A stretch of 64,000 nt of DNA, taken from NCBI GenBank assembly GCA_038060895.1, contig JBBTCT010000015.1, positions 1 to 64,000 on the forward strand, written 5' to 3'. Origin of the DNA: Planctomycetota bacterium (lineage in GTDB: Bacteria; Planctomycetota; MHYJ01; WSZJ01). Below are positions 50,106 through 59,357 of the stretch, one piece after another. The notes below the pieces were generated by a model. It saw nothing but the letters and a program-made list of their open reading frames with translations, did no database searches and was not told where the DNA came from. Each line of letters starts with the position of its first letter. Within the stretch, counting starts at the first letter, position 1. The translations under genes were made by a program, and so were the position numbers.

Positions 50106-50461
50106 AGACCTCCATTCCGCGTCGAGGTGAAGTCTGGCGACTCGATTTCGATCCTGCTCAAGGCCACGAGCAGGCGGGCTTGCGACCCGCCCTCATCGTG
50201 TCGGATGATGACTTCAACCGTTTGCCCTGGCGGCTTTGCGTGGTTCTCCCTCTGTCAACGACACTCCGCTTGTTTTCGCTTCATGTAACGATCCATCCCC
50301 CCGAGGGCGGGTGTCGACAGCCGAGCGTCATCATGTGCCAGCACCTGCGCTCGGTCAGTCTCGACAGGTTGGACAAAAGGCTCGGGACGGTTACGGACGC
50401 GACTCTCGCGGAAGTGGACTTCAGGCTGAAGTCGATCCTGGCGCTGGCGGGGCGGGCCTGA
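50102..50461 (+). CDS. mazF: PemK/MazF-family endoribonuclease toxin
   Basis: RRGEVW...GHEQAGLRPALIVS..FN. Confidence 0.92.
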   Translation: MKTSIPRRGEVWRLDFDPAQGHEQAGLRPALIVSDDDFNRLPWRLCVVLPLSTTLRLFSLHVTIHPPEGGCRQPSVIMCQHLRSVSLDRLDKRLGTVTDATLAEVDFRLKSILALAGRA

Positions 50462-50493
50462 AAGAGGCGGCTGCCTCGCAACTCTCTGCGGAT

Positions 50494-53253
50494 CTACCTT
50501 CTCTCCGGACTCTGCCGCGGTCGCTTCCCGACTTCCATGTCGATCGTCGCGAGGCGCATGTAGAACATTCCGAGGCCGGCGCCGCCTGGGAAAAGGCCTT
50601 CGCCGTCCCAGGGCAGGAGGGTGGAGGCGCCTTCAGGACGCTCCGCCCAGGGGCCCGGCGCCGGGCCGGCCGATGCGCGCAGCGTGTCGGCAATGCGCCG
50701 CGCTTCGTCGAGCCACGCGCCGTCGCGGGTCAGTTCGAATGCGTCGAGGAACAGTTCGCCGAGGCCGGCGCCGCCGGTGGAGAAGTCGGCGGTGGTGAAG
50801 GGATGCTGGGGTTCCTGGTCCATCGCGCGCTTCACGCCCGCGGCCGCGGCGCGGAGGAGGTCGGTGTACTGGGGGTCTTTGGCGGCGGCGCTGAGGCGGG
50901 CGAAGAATCTTGCGATGCCCGCGGTGCCGTAGGACCAGCCAGGGAGGGGAGCGGCGGGGCCCTCGCCGGCGGTGGCGGGCCAGAGGGCGGTGCCCTCGGC
51001 GCGCCTGGCCTGGTCGGAGAGCCAGGAGGCGATGCGCCGCGGGGTCTCGAGCCACTTGTCGTCCTTGGTGGCGGAGTGGGCGCGGAGGAACGCCAGTCCG
51101 ATTCCGGCCGCGCCGTGGGCGATGCCGGTGTACGTGCGCGGCAACGACAGCTGCGCGCGCCACCAGCAGCGGCCGCCAAGCTCGGTCTTCACCGCGTCGA
51201 GCCACGTCACCGCCTCGAGTGCCAGCTCGCGCCACCGCGAGTCGTTCGTCGCATCGGCGAGTTCGAACAGGAACAGCGCAATCCCGGCCGCGCCGCCGGC
51301 GATCGTCGTGTCGTCTCCCCAGCTGGCCCCGCCATTCTCTCGCTTCGCGTCCGCCGCTATCCGCTCCCCGGCCGCAACCGCCGCGTCGAGGTACCGCCGG
51401 TCGCCGAAGACGCGGAAACCCTCCACCAGCACGCTCCCAATCCCGGCCGCCCCGCTGTGCAGCCCGCCCCGCGCCATCGTCGCCAGCGTGCCGTCCGGCA
51501 GCCGGTACGTGTCCTCCCACGCCATCGACGCTCCGTCGCGCTTCCCGGCCGCCACCATCGCATCCAGCAACCCTCGCGCCCGGGCGCCCTGCGTGCCGTC
51601 GCCCGTCGCGCGCAGGAGATTCATCTGGAAGAGCGCCACGCCGGCGGCGCCGTCCCAGAGGTTCCATCGAAGAGGCTCGGCGCCGCCCGCGGCGGTCCCC
51701 GAGGCGTCGCGCGCGGCCTGGATGGCGTCACTCGAAGCGCGCGCCGTCTCGAACAGCGTCTCGCGGTCCTGGTCCTCGCCGGCCGCGCCGGTGCGCAGAA
51801 GAAAGCGGATTTCCACGCCCGCCACCAGCGTCTGCGCCGGAAAGTCGAGCTGCACGTGCAGGATCCGTTTCGCCCCCCAGTACTCCACCGCGGCGATCGC
51901 GGGGCCGACGCGGATGTCGCGCGCGCCGGCCTTAGCGTCGAGGACGCGCAGCTTGATCGGAAGCGGCATGTCGTCGGGCCACTCGATCTGCGTGAGGACA
52001 CGGGCGTTGAGAAGGGCGTCCTTGCGGCCGAAGCCGTACTGGAAGACGTCGGTGAGCGTGGCGCGCAGCCCGGGTTCCCGGATCGTGACCTTCACGCGGA
52101 TGCCGTTTTCAAGGCGCTCCGTCTCAAGGACGTACGCCTGCCTCGGCGCGGGATTGAACGGACGGTAGTCCGGATCGCCGAAGCCGATGCGCGACAGCGC
52201 ACCGCGCGCGAGCGTGTCGCCCCAGTCCCGGTTCGGCGCGGCCTTGCCCTCTGCGATTTTCGGGAGTCGAAGCGGCGACTGTCGGAGCAACAGCAGTGCG
52301 GAGTCCGCCGTAGTCTTGTGCGTTTCGCCGATCGACAACCCCCGGGCCACCATCAGTTCCATCTCCTGCATCGCGGTCACGCCGTGCCCGGGGTCCGTCG
52401 CGCCGAAAAAGCCCGTCGCGCCGCGCGACAGCAGCGCGAGCGCAAACGACTTGTCGATCGGCGTCGACCTCGGCGGACGCGGCGCCGCCGAGACCGGCCC
52501 CTCGTACCACTTGTTTGTCACTCCCGAGTACACCGGACCCCCGAACGCGACGGCGGGAAACAGGTCCAGCGCGGCGAGCTGGTCGGCGTCAACGCTGCCC
52601 GCGATTCCTTCCGGGCGGCCATATCCCCAGAACTGAAGAACCCCCGCGCCTTCAAGCCGTTTCACGTCCGCCTCCGACGGCTTCAGGTGCCGCGCCAGCA
52701 GTCTCTCCCACCCGTCGAGCCACGTCTGGTCGCCTTCGACCTCCAGGTCCGCTTCGCTCGGTCCGAAGTCCACCAGCCGCTTCGGCAGCAGCTGCCGGTC
52801 CGCCTCGACGCGTTTTTCGTTCGCGAGCAGCGCGAGCGCCGCTTCCGGCGAAACACCCGTCACGAATCCGAGGCGGAAATCCATCGCGAAGTCGGAGTCG
52901 AGCCCGGTCGCGACCTCGAGGAGCCGATAGACGAAGTCGACGTCGAGAGATTCCGGCTTCACCACGACGGTCACCGTTCCGGGCGCCAGCGCGAGCAATT
53001 CAGCGCGCGCCACGGTCGCGTCGTCCCCCGCGAATCGCACTACCGTCGCGTTGCGCCGCTTCGCAGCCTCGGCCACCACCGCCGCCCAGGCATCATCCGC
53101 CGCGACGTTGGTCAGCACCGCGGCGCGCTCGATGGAATCCGGACGAGGCATCGAGACGGCGCTTCGGGGCGTCAGCACCGGTTCTTCCGCGTACGCGGTT
53201 TCGATCGCCAGCGCGAGACATACGAATGCGTTGAGGGGAGAACGACGCGTCAC
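50494..53253 (-). CDS. Secreted protein: unknown (C25/caspase-like?) N-domain + C-terminal LanC-like domain
   Basis: Seven GxAG-type repeats (LWDGAAG, GLHSGAAG, GIAHGAAG, GWSYGTAG...); GTGA overlap with ispA. Confidence 0.75.
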   Translation of the reverse strand: MTRRSPLNAFVCLALAIETAYAEEPVLTPRSAVSMPRPDSIERAAVLTNVAADDAWAAVVAEAAKRRNATVVRFAGDDATVARAELLALAPGTVTVVVKPESLDVDFVYRLLEVATGLDSDFAMDFRLGFVTGVSPEAALALLANEKRVEADRQLLPKRLVDFGPSEADLEVEGDQTWLDGWERLLARHLKPSEADVKRLEGAGVLQFWGYGRPEGIAGSVDADQLAALDLFPAVAFGGPVYSGVTNKWYEGPVSAAPRPPRSTPIDKSFALALLSRGATGFFGATDPGHGVTAMQEMELMVARGLSIGETHKTTADSALLLLRQSPLRLPKIAEGKAAPNRDWGDTLARGALSRIGFGDPDYRPFNPAPRQAYVLETERLENGIRVKVTIREPGLRATLTDVFQYGFGRKDALLNARVLTQIEWPDDMPLPIKLRVLDAKAGARDIRVGPAIAAVEYWGAKRILHVQLDFPAQTLVAGVEIRFLLRTGAAGEDQDRETLFETARASSDAIQAARDASGTAAGGAEPLRWNLWDGAAGVALFQMNLLRATGDGTQGARARGLLDAMVAAGKRDGASMAWEDTYRLPDGTLATMARGGLHSGAAGIGSVLVEGFRVFGDRRYLDAAVAAGERIAADAKRENGGASWGDDTTIAGGAAGIALFLFELADATNDSRWRELALEAVTWLDAVKTELGGRCWWRAQLSLPRTYTGIAHGAAGIGLAFLRAHSATKDDKWLETPRRIASWLSDQARRAEGTALWPATAGEGPAAPLPGWSYGTAGIARFFARLSAAAKDPQYTDLLRAAAAGVKRAMDQEPQHPFTTADFSTGGAGLGELFLDAFELTRDGAWLDEARRIADTLRASAGPAPGPWAERPEGASTLLPWDGEGLFPGGAGLGMFYMRLATIDMEVGKRPRQSPERR

Positions 53254-54158
53254 GACGTCCTCGCAATCACAAACTTCATCACTTCAGCCAGCTCTTCACC
53301 TTTTTTCCCGAAGTCTTCCAGCGCGCCCAACGCTCTTCCCGCAAGCCGCGCTGCCTCGCGCCGCGACTTGTCGAGGCCGAAGACCAGCGGATAGGTCGCT
53401 TTGCCGGATCTGGCGTCCTTGCCCGCGGTCTTGCCAAGCTGCCACGACGGCGCGGTCATGTCGAGGACGTCATCGGCAATCTGGAAAGCCAGTCCGAGGT
53501 TTTCTCCGAATTCGGTCAGCGTCTTGTATTCACCCGAGTCCGCCTTGCCGCAGATCGCGCCGGCCTGGACGGAAGCGCGGAGCAAGGCGGCGGTTTTCTT
53601 CCTGTGAATGAAGCGCACCAGCGCCGGGGTCGGCGAGCCTTTTTCGCCCTCGAGGTCCGCCTGCTGGCCTCCGACCATGCCGCGCGCCCCGGCCGCGTCG
53701 GCGATTACCTTGATGAGTTCAGGGACCATCGAAGCGGGAGATTTCGCGAGGGTCTCGAAGGCGAGCGTGAGCAGCGCGTCCCCCGCCAGGATGGCGGTCG
53801 CTTCGTCGAACGCCTTGTGGCAGCTCGGCTTCCCGCGGCGGAAGTTGTCGTCGTCCATTGCGGGGAGGTCGTCGTGGATGAGCGAATACGTGTGGATCAT
53901 TTCAAGAGCCGCAGCGGCAGGAAGCGCGTCCTTCTCGCGCCCGCCCACGAGCCGGCAGGTCAGCAGCGCCAGCGTCGGTCGCAGGCGCTTGCCGCCCGCG
54001 AAGAGCGAATAGCGCATCGCGCGGTGCAGGCGGCGCGGCTCCTCGAGGCCCGAGGGAACGTTGACGTCCATGTACGACTCGACCATCTGGGAGCACGCGC
54101 CGAGGAGGGAGGCGGCGCGGGAGGGGGGAGGTGCAGGTGTCAGGCGGCGCTTGGTCAT
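53250..54158 (-). CDS. ispA: Farnesyl/geranylgeranyl diphosphate synthase
   Basis: GGKRLRP, HDDLPAMDDDNFRRG, GQQAD, KT, FQIADDVLD. Confidence 0.93.
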   Translation of the reverse strand: MTKRRLTPAPPPSRAASLLGACSQMVESYMDVNVPSGLEEPRRLHRAMRYSLFAGGKRLRPTLALLTCRLVGGREKDALPAAAALEMIHTYSLIHDDLPAMDDDNFRRGKPSCHKAFDEATAILAGDALLTLAFETLAKSPASMVPELIKVIADAAGARGMVGGQQADLEGEKGSPTPALVRFIHRKKTAALLRASVQAGAICGKADSGEYKTLTEFGENLGLAFQIADDVLDMTAPSWQLGKTAGKDARSGKATYPLVFGLDKSRREAARLAGRALGALEDFGKKGEELAEVMKFVIARTS

Positions 54159-54236
54159 CGGGATCGCGACCTCAATCGAAAGGGAATACGCGGATGAAGG
54201 CGAATGACGCGGAAAGAGCCGCGGACTCGGCCCGGC

Positions 54237-54536
54237 CTAGAAATCAATCTCTCCCGACTGATGCTTCTTCCGGTCTTCTTTCTCCTTGTCCACCGCCTTC
54301 TTCACTTCGAACGGCTGCGGTTCCAGCTCGCCGCCGTCTCCCTTCAGCAGGATCTGCACCTTCTTCTCCGCACGGTCGAGGATCTCGTGGCACTTTTTCA
54401 GCGCCGCGACGCCCTCCTCGTAAGTCTGCAGCGACTCCTCGAGCCCCAGCTCGCCGCCCTCGAGCGACGACACCGATTTCTCGAGCGCCTCGAGGTGCTC
54501 TTCGAATTTCTTTTCCTTCTCCTTGTCCTTCGCCAC
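54237..54536 (-). CDS. xseB: Exodeoxyribonuclease VII small subunit
   Basis: FEEHLEALE...LEGGELGLEES...YEEG...AEKKV. Confidence 0.92.
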   Translation of the reverse strand: MAKDKEKEKKFEEHLEALEKSVSSLEGGELGLEESLQTYEEGVAALKKCHEILDRAEKKVQILLKGDGGELEPQPFEVKKAVDKEKEDRKKHQSGEIDF

Positions 54537-54549
54537 GGCTTCCCCCTCT

Positions 54550-55929
54550 CTACTGCGGCCTTGCCTCGCGCGGCGGCGCGGGCTTGATCTCGATCACCTT
54601 GCTCGTCAGTTCCGCACGCTCCAGCGACGTCCTCACGATATCTCCGGGCGCGACCTGGCCGGCGCGCCGGAGAACCTCTCCCGTTTTCGCATGCCTCGTC
54701 ATCGAATATCCGCGCGCCAGGACGCGAAGCGGCGACAGCGCGTCGAGTTTTCCCGCGGCGGCCGAGACCTTCTCTCGCTTCCGGGCCGCCATCACGCGCA
54801 GCGCCGGTCCCATCCGGGGCGACAGTTCGGCCACGCGGCGTCGCGAGACGTCAAGCCGCTCCCGCAACGCCGAGCCCAGCCGCGGCCTCAGGCCGTCGAT
54901 CCGGGCGCGACCGCGCTCCGACAGGCCCCGCAGCGCGACGTCCATTCGCGGTGCCAGCCCGTCCAGCCGCTGGCGGAAGCGCTCGATCAGATCCTGCGGC
55001 CGCGCGAGTCCCCTCGAGCGCCCCAGGTCCTCCAGCCGCTGCCGCAGCATCGCGATGTCTTCAACCAGCGCCTTTCGCAGCCGCCCCCCGAAATCGTCCA
55101 GGTGCCGAACCAGCACCTCGAGGTCCGGCACCGCCAGCTCCGCCGCCTCGCTCGGCGTCTGCGCCCGCAGGTCGGCGACCAGGTCGGCGAGAGTCACGTC
55201 GATCTCGTGTCCCACCGCGCTGATGACGGGCAGAGGACACGCCGCAATCGCCCGCGCCAGGGCTTCGTCGTTGAACGCCCCCAGGTCCTCCGCGCTCCCG
55301 CCTCCGCGCCCGATGATGACCACGTCGATGTCGTCGCGCTTCGAGATCCACTCCATCGCCCTGACCATCGACGGCGCCGCTTCTGCTCCCTGCACCGCCA
55401 CCGGGTAAATCCAGACTCCCATCCCGGGGAAGCGCCGCTCCATCACCGTCAGCATGTCCTTCACGGCTGCCGAGGTGGGGCTCGTCACGAGCGCGACGCG
55501 TCGCGGCAGAAAGGGAAGCGGCTTCTTTCTCGCGGGATCGAAGAGGCCTTCTTTCTCGAGTTTCTCCTTGAGCTGCATCAGAGCGAGCTGCTGTGCGCCG
55601 AGCCCCTGCGGCTCGACGTGCTCCGCAACGAGCTGGTACTCCCCCTGCGGTTCGTACACCGTGACTTTCCCCAGGACCATCACCTTCAGCCCGTCCTTCA
55701 TCTCGAACCGAAGCTTCGCTCCCACGCCCGCGAACAGCGCCACTTTCAACTGGCTCCCCGTGTCCTTGAGCGACAGGTACGCGTGCCCGCTTCGCAGGAT
55801 CTTCCGGTAGTTCGAAACTTCGCCCTCGACCCAGACCCGGCCGATCTGTCCCTCCGCCAGCTCCCGCACGGCCCTTGCAATCGTCGAGGGGGTCCAGACT
55901 TTCGCCGCGGCGGCCGGCTGGGGGCTCAC
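54550..55929 (-). CDS. xseA: Exodeoxyribonuclease VII large subunit
   Basis: VEGEVSN, SGHAYLSLKD, RGGGSAEDL, SAVGHEIDVT, LSPLRVLARGY. Confidence 0.94.
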   Translation of the reverse strand: MSPQPAAAAKVWTPSTIARAVRELAEGQIGRVWVEGEVSNYRKILRSGHAYLSLKDTGSQLKVALFAGVGAKLRFEMKDGLKVMVLGKVTVYEPQGEYQLVAEHVEPQGLGAQQLALMQLKEKLEKEGLFDPARKKPLPFLPRRVALVTSPTSAAVKDMLTVMERRFPGMGVWIYPVAVQGAEAAPSMVRAMEWISKRDDIDVVIIGRGGGSAEDLGAFNDEALARAIAACPLPVISAVGHEIDVTLADLVADLRAQTPSEAAELAVPDLEVLVRHLDDFGGRLRKALVEDIAMLRQRLEDLGRSRGLARPQDLIERFRQRLDGLAPRMDVALRGLSERGRARIDGLRPRLGSALRERLDVSRRRVAELSPRMGPALRVMAARKREKVSAAAGKLDALSPLRVLARGYSMTRHAKTGEVLRRAGQVAPGDIVRTSLERAELTSKVIEIKPAPPREARPQ

Positions 55930-56720
55930 GCGCCCACCCGGACCTGGAAGCGATCGCAGGCCAGCGCGCGGCCGGAGTCGAGGTCGACGGTCGCGACGCA
56001 GCCGGAGATGCGGACGTCGTTGGAGGCGACGTCGAACGGCATGGGCATCCCCGTGACGAAGTGGCGGAGGACCTTGTCCTTGTCGCGGCCGAGGATGGAG
56101 TCGTAGGGGCCGGTCATGCCGACGTCGGAAATGAAGGCCGTGCCTTTCGGCAGGACGGTTTCGTCGGCGGTCGGGATGTGCGTGTGCGTCCCGAAAAGGA
56201 GCGACACGCGCCCGTCCAGCATCCACCCGAGCGCGACCTTTTCGCTCGTGGCCTCCGCGTGCACGTCGAGCACGACGACGTTCGTGTGCTGCCGAAGGGC
56301 CTCGACGGCGCGCTCTGCCGCAAGAAAGGGATTGTCCGCCGGCGTGTTCATGAATACGCGCCCCTGGACCTGCGCCACGCCGATCTTGAACCCGTTGCGC
56401 GACTCGAACACCTGCCAACCCAGGCCCGCCGCCGCGTCCGGGTAATTGCACGGCCGCACGATCCTGCAGCCGTTCGTCAGCAGCGGGATGATTTCCTTCT
56501 TCTTGAAGATGTGGTCCCCGCTCGTGATCGCGTCCGCCCCGGCAATCAGCAGGTCCTCGTAAAGCGACGGCGTCAGCCCGCTCCCGCCCGCGATGTTCTC
56601 GCCGTTCACCACCGCAAACTCGATCTCCTGCTCGCGCTTCGCCTTCTTCAGCCAGCCCTTCAGCGCATCCCGCCCGGGGGTTCCGACCACGTCGCCGATG
56701 GCCATGATCTTGATTTTCAT
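55926..56720 (-). CDS. ymdB: YmdB/TIGR00282 metallophosphoesterase
   Basis: IGDVVG, NGEN, HAEATSEK, GTHTHIPTAD, DVGMTG. Confidence 0.92.
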   Translation of the reverse strand: MKIKIMAIGDVVGTPGRDALKGWLKKAKREQEIEFAVVNGENIAGGSGLTPSLYEDLLIAGADAITSGDHIFKKKEIIPLLTNGCRIVRPCNYPDAAAGLGWQVFESRNGFKIGVAQVQGRVFMNTPADNPFLAAERAVEALRQHTNVVVLDVHAEATSEKVALGWMLDGRVSLLFGTHTHIPTADETVLPKGTAFISDVGMTGPYDSILGRDKDKVLRHFVTGMPMPFDVASNDVRISGCVATVDLDSGRALACDRFQVRVGA

Positions 56721-56768
56721 TCGGGGAAGAGTCTACCCGCGGGTCGCTTCGCGGGACAGACTCCGGCG

Positions 56769-57090
56769 GCTTCCCTCTGAGCCCGGGCGAAAATCCTGCG
56801 GGGCAAGCTGCGTCGGCCCAGTGATGGTTCTTGAGCGGGCTCGCGCAATCGGGCCGACTCCGCCCGCCCCGCAGGATTTTCGCCCGGGCTCAGAGGGAAG
56901 CGAATGCACCGCCCTCAAGTTCTTCGCATGGACACGAACACATAAACAGGAGCCGAAAGCCGCGGTTGGCAAGACCCCAGGGCGGGCGAAAATTCCGTGG
57001 GGTCGGGCGGAGTCGGCCCGAAAAAACGAAAACTTCTCACAAACCATCACTGGGCCGACGCAGCCTGAGCCTGCGGGATTTTCGCCCGGC
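56769..57090. repeat. REPIN/MITE-like inverted doublet
   Basis: 36-bp perfect IR at 56769-56804/56866-56901; degenerate inverted second copy at about 56983-57088. Confidence 0.85.
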
Positions 57091-57219
57091 CTCTCGGAAA
57101 AACGCGATTCTCCGAGGGGAAAAAGGCCGATTTTCCTTGCGTCCCTAGGGGATTCCGCTCAAATCCCCCTCAGTTCCGAGATAAAACCAACGCCCGTACC
57201 CCCCATTACAGGAGGACCG

Positions 57220-57492
57220 ATGGCCGCCAAAAAGTCCGGTCGCAAGCCCAGCGCCGCGTTCATGAAGCCGATGACGATCAGCTCCGAGCTGGCCGCCGTG
57301 ATCGGCGCCGCCCCGGCGCCCCGCACCCAGGTCACGAAGAAGATCTGGGACTACATCAAGAAGAACGGGCTGCAGGATTCGAAGAACCGCCGGAACATCA
57401 ACGCCGACGACAAGCTCAAGGCGGTATTCGGCGGCAAGAAGCAGGTTTCCATGTTCGAGATGACGAAGCTCGTGAGCAAGCACCTGAAATAG
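57220..57492 (+). CDS. SWIB/MDM2-domain protein
   Basis: AFMKP..SELAAVIG..PRTQVTKKIWDYIKKNGLQD; AGGAGG SD. Confidence 0.93.
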   Translation: MAAKKSGRKPSAAFMKPMTISSELAAVIGAAPAPRTQVTKKIWDYIKKNGLQDSKNRRNINADDKLKAVFGGKKQVSMFEMTKLVSKHLK

Positions 57493-57508
57493 CATCGCGT
57501 TCAAAGAG

Positions 57509-57540
57509 AAGCCCCCGCTCGAGGAGCGGGGGCTTTTTTT
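57509..57540 (+). terminator. Intrinsic terminator
   Basis: aagcccccgctc-gag-gagcgggggc followed by T7. Confidence 0.9.
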
Positions 57541-57549
57541 GTAGGGCGG

Positions 57550-57712
57550 AAAACGACAACTTCAAAACCGCGAACTCTCAAGCAAGGGGCCAACTACAAA
57601 CGGCAACCGCATTCGCGCGCCTCTTCGCCCACCCGACTTGAAGTTCTCCGTTTGAAGTTGCCCTTTGCTTGAAACTTGAAACTTGAAGTTGAAATTGAAA
57701 TTGAAATTGCTG
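57550..57712. repeat. (TTGAAR)n repeat with imperfect inverted partner
   Basis: caacttcaaa...tttgaagttg; ttgaaacttgaaacttgaagttgaaattgaaattgaaatt. Confidence 0.7.
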
Positions 57713-57738
57713 TTTCCCTGCGCCGAAGGCGCAGGGGT

Positions 57739-59289
57739 CTACCTCGCATACTCCGTCACCCTCGTTTCCCTGATCACCGTCACTCGAATCTCGCCGGGGT
57801 ACGTCATCTCCGCCTCAATCCTCTTCGCAATCTCCTTCGCCACGATGAGCGCATTCGAATCGTCGATCTTCGAAGCGTTCACCAGCACTCGAAGCTCGCG
57901 TCCTGCCTGGATCGCGAACGCGCCCTCGACCCCCGCCTGGCTCGTCGCGATCCGCTCCAGATCCTGCAGGCGCTTGATGTAGCGCTCCATGCTCTCGCCG
58001 CGCGCGCCGGGGCGCGAGGCGCTGATCGCGTCTGCAGCGGCGGTGAGGATGCAGTACGGCGTCTCGGCCTTCTCCGTCTCGTGATGCCGCAATGCCGTAT
58101 CGCAAACTGCGAACGGCTCCTCGGCCCGCTTCAGCAGGTCGTACCCGAGCTGGGGGTGCGTGCCTTCCATCTCCTGGTCGAGCGCCTTGCCGATGTCGTG
58201 GAGCAGCCCGGCACGCTTCGCGAGAACCGGGTCGAGCCCGATCTCGCCGGCCATGATCGACGCGAGCTTGGCGACCTCAATGGAGTGCTTGAGGACGTTC
58301 TGGCCGTAGCTGGTGCGGAAGCGCAGGCGGCCGAGGATCGGGATGACCTTGGGCGACAGGCGCTGGATGTCGAGCTCGTAGCACGTCTGCTTGCCGGTCT
58401 GCATGACCAGCTCTTCCATTTCCTTCTTCGTCGCCTCGACGAGCTCCTCGATCCGGGTTGGGTGGATGCGCCCGTCCTGGACGAGTTTTTCCATCGTGCG
58501 GCGCGCCGTCTCGCGACGGATCGGTTCGAAACCGGACAGGATGATCACTCCGGGCGTGTCATCGACGATGACGTCGACCCCCGTGGCCTTTTCGAAGGCG
58601 CGGATGTTGCGTCCTTCGCGGCCGATGATCCGGCCCTTCATTTCCTCGCTCGGCAGGTCCACCGACGACGTCGTGTTTTCCGAGCTGTGGTCCGACGCGG
58701 TGCGTTGAATTGCCATGATCACGTACTTGCGCGCTTCTTCGTCCGCCCGCTCTTTCCCGAGCTCCTGCGCCTTTCGGATGCGCGCCGCGACGTCGTTGGC
58801 GAGCTCCGCCTGCAGCCGCTCATAAAACGTCCGCGTCGCCTCGTCCTTGCCCATCCCGGAGAGCCGTTCCAGCGTCTTCTGCTGGTCCGTGACCGCCTTC
58901 GTCAGCTCAACCTGCTTCGCCTCGACGCTCTTCGTCTTGTCCGCAAGCGACTGCTCGGTGGCCTCAATTTGCTTCTGCCGGCGCGCCTGGTCTTCCTGCT
59001 TCCGGTCGAGCAGGTCCTCTTTCTTCTGGACCGCACGCTCCTGGTTCTTGATCTCGTCGAGCTTCTGGAAGCGCTCTTTCTCCGCTTCCGAGCGGAGCTT
59101 GAGCACCTCGTCCTTGCCCCTGAGCTGGGCTTCCTTGACCGAAGCCTCACCGCGCTCCTTGGCCTCGGATTCGATCAGGCGCGCCTTGTCTTTCGCGCCG
59201 GCGACGACGTTCCTCGCAAGGAGGAAGCACGCGCCAACACCACCTGCGGCGCCTACGGCCACGCCGATGACGAGTGAGAGGACGTCCAT
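57739..59289 (-). CDS. rny: Ribonuclease Y
   Basis: N-terminal TM, coiled coil, KH (MKGRIIGREGRNIR), HD (LLHDIGKA). Confidence 0.96.
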   Translation of the reverse strand: MDVLSLVIGVAVGAAGGVGACFLLARNVVAGAKDKARLIESEAKERGEASVKEAQLRGKDEVLKLRSEAEKERFQKLDEIKNQERAVQKKEDLLDRKQEDQARRQKQIEATEQSLADKTKSVEAKQVELTKAVTDQQKTLERLSGMGKDEATRTFYERLQAELANDVAARIRKAQELGKERADEEARKYVIMAIQRTASDHSSENTTSSVDLPSEEMKGRIIGREGRNIRAFEKATGVDVIVDDTPGVIILSGFEPIRRETARRTMEKLVQDGRIHPTRIEELVEATKKEMEELVMQTGKQTCYELDIQRLSPKVIPILGRLRFRTSYGQNVLKHSIEVAKLASIMAGEIGLDPVLAKRAGLLHDIGKALDQEMEGTHPQLGYDLLKRAEEPFAVCDTALRHHETEKAETPYCILTAAADAISASRPGARGESMERYIKRLQDLERIATSQAGVEGAFAIQAGRELRVLVNASKIDDSNALIVAKEIAKRIEAEMTYPGEIRVTVIRETRVTEYAR

Positions 59290-59357
59290 TTCAACCCCTT
59301 CAGCCCGGCGAACCGGGCGACGTTAAAGGGCAGGGGGTTGCGAGGGTGAGGTCCGGA

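Noticed and set aside
50494-53253. Lanthipeptide biosynthetic cluster
   Set aside because: No dehydratase/kinase, precursor or transporter; zinc ligands are missing.
56769-57090. CRISPR array (36-bp repeat)
   Set aside because: Repeats are inverted rather than direct, there are no regular spacers and no cas genes.
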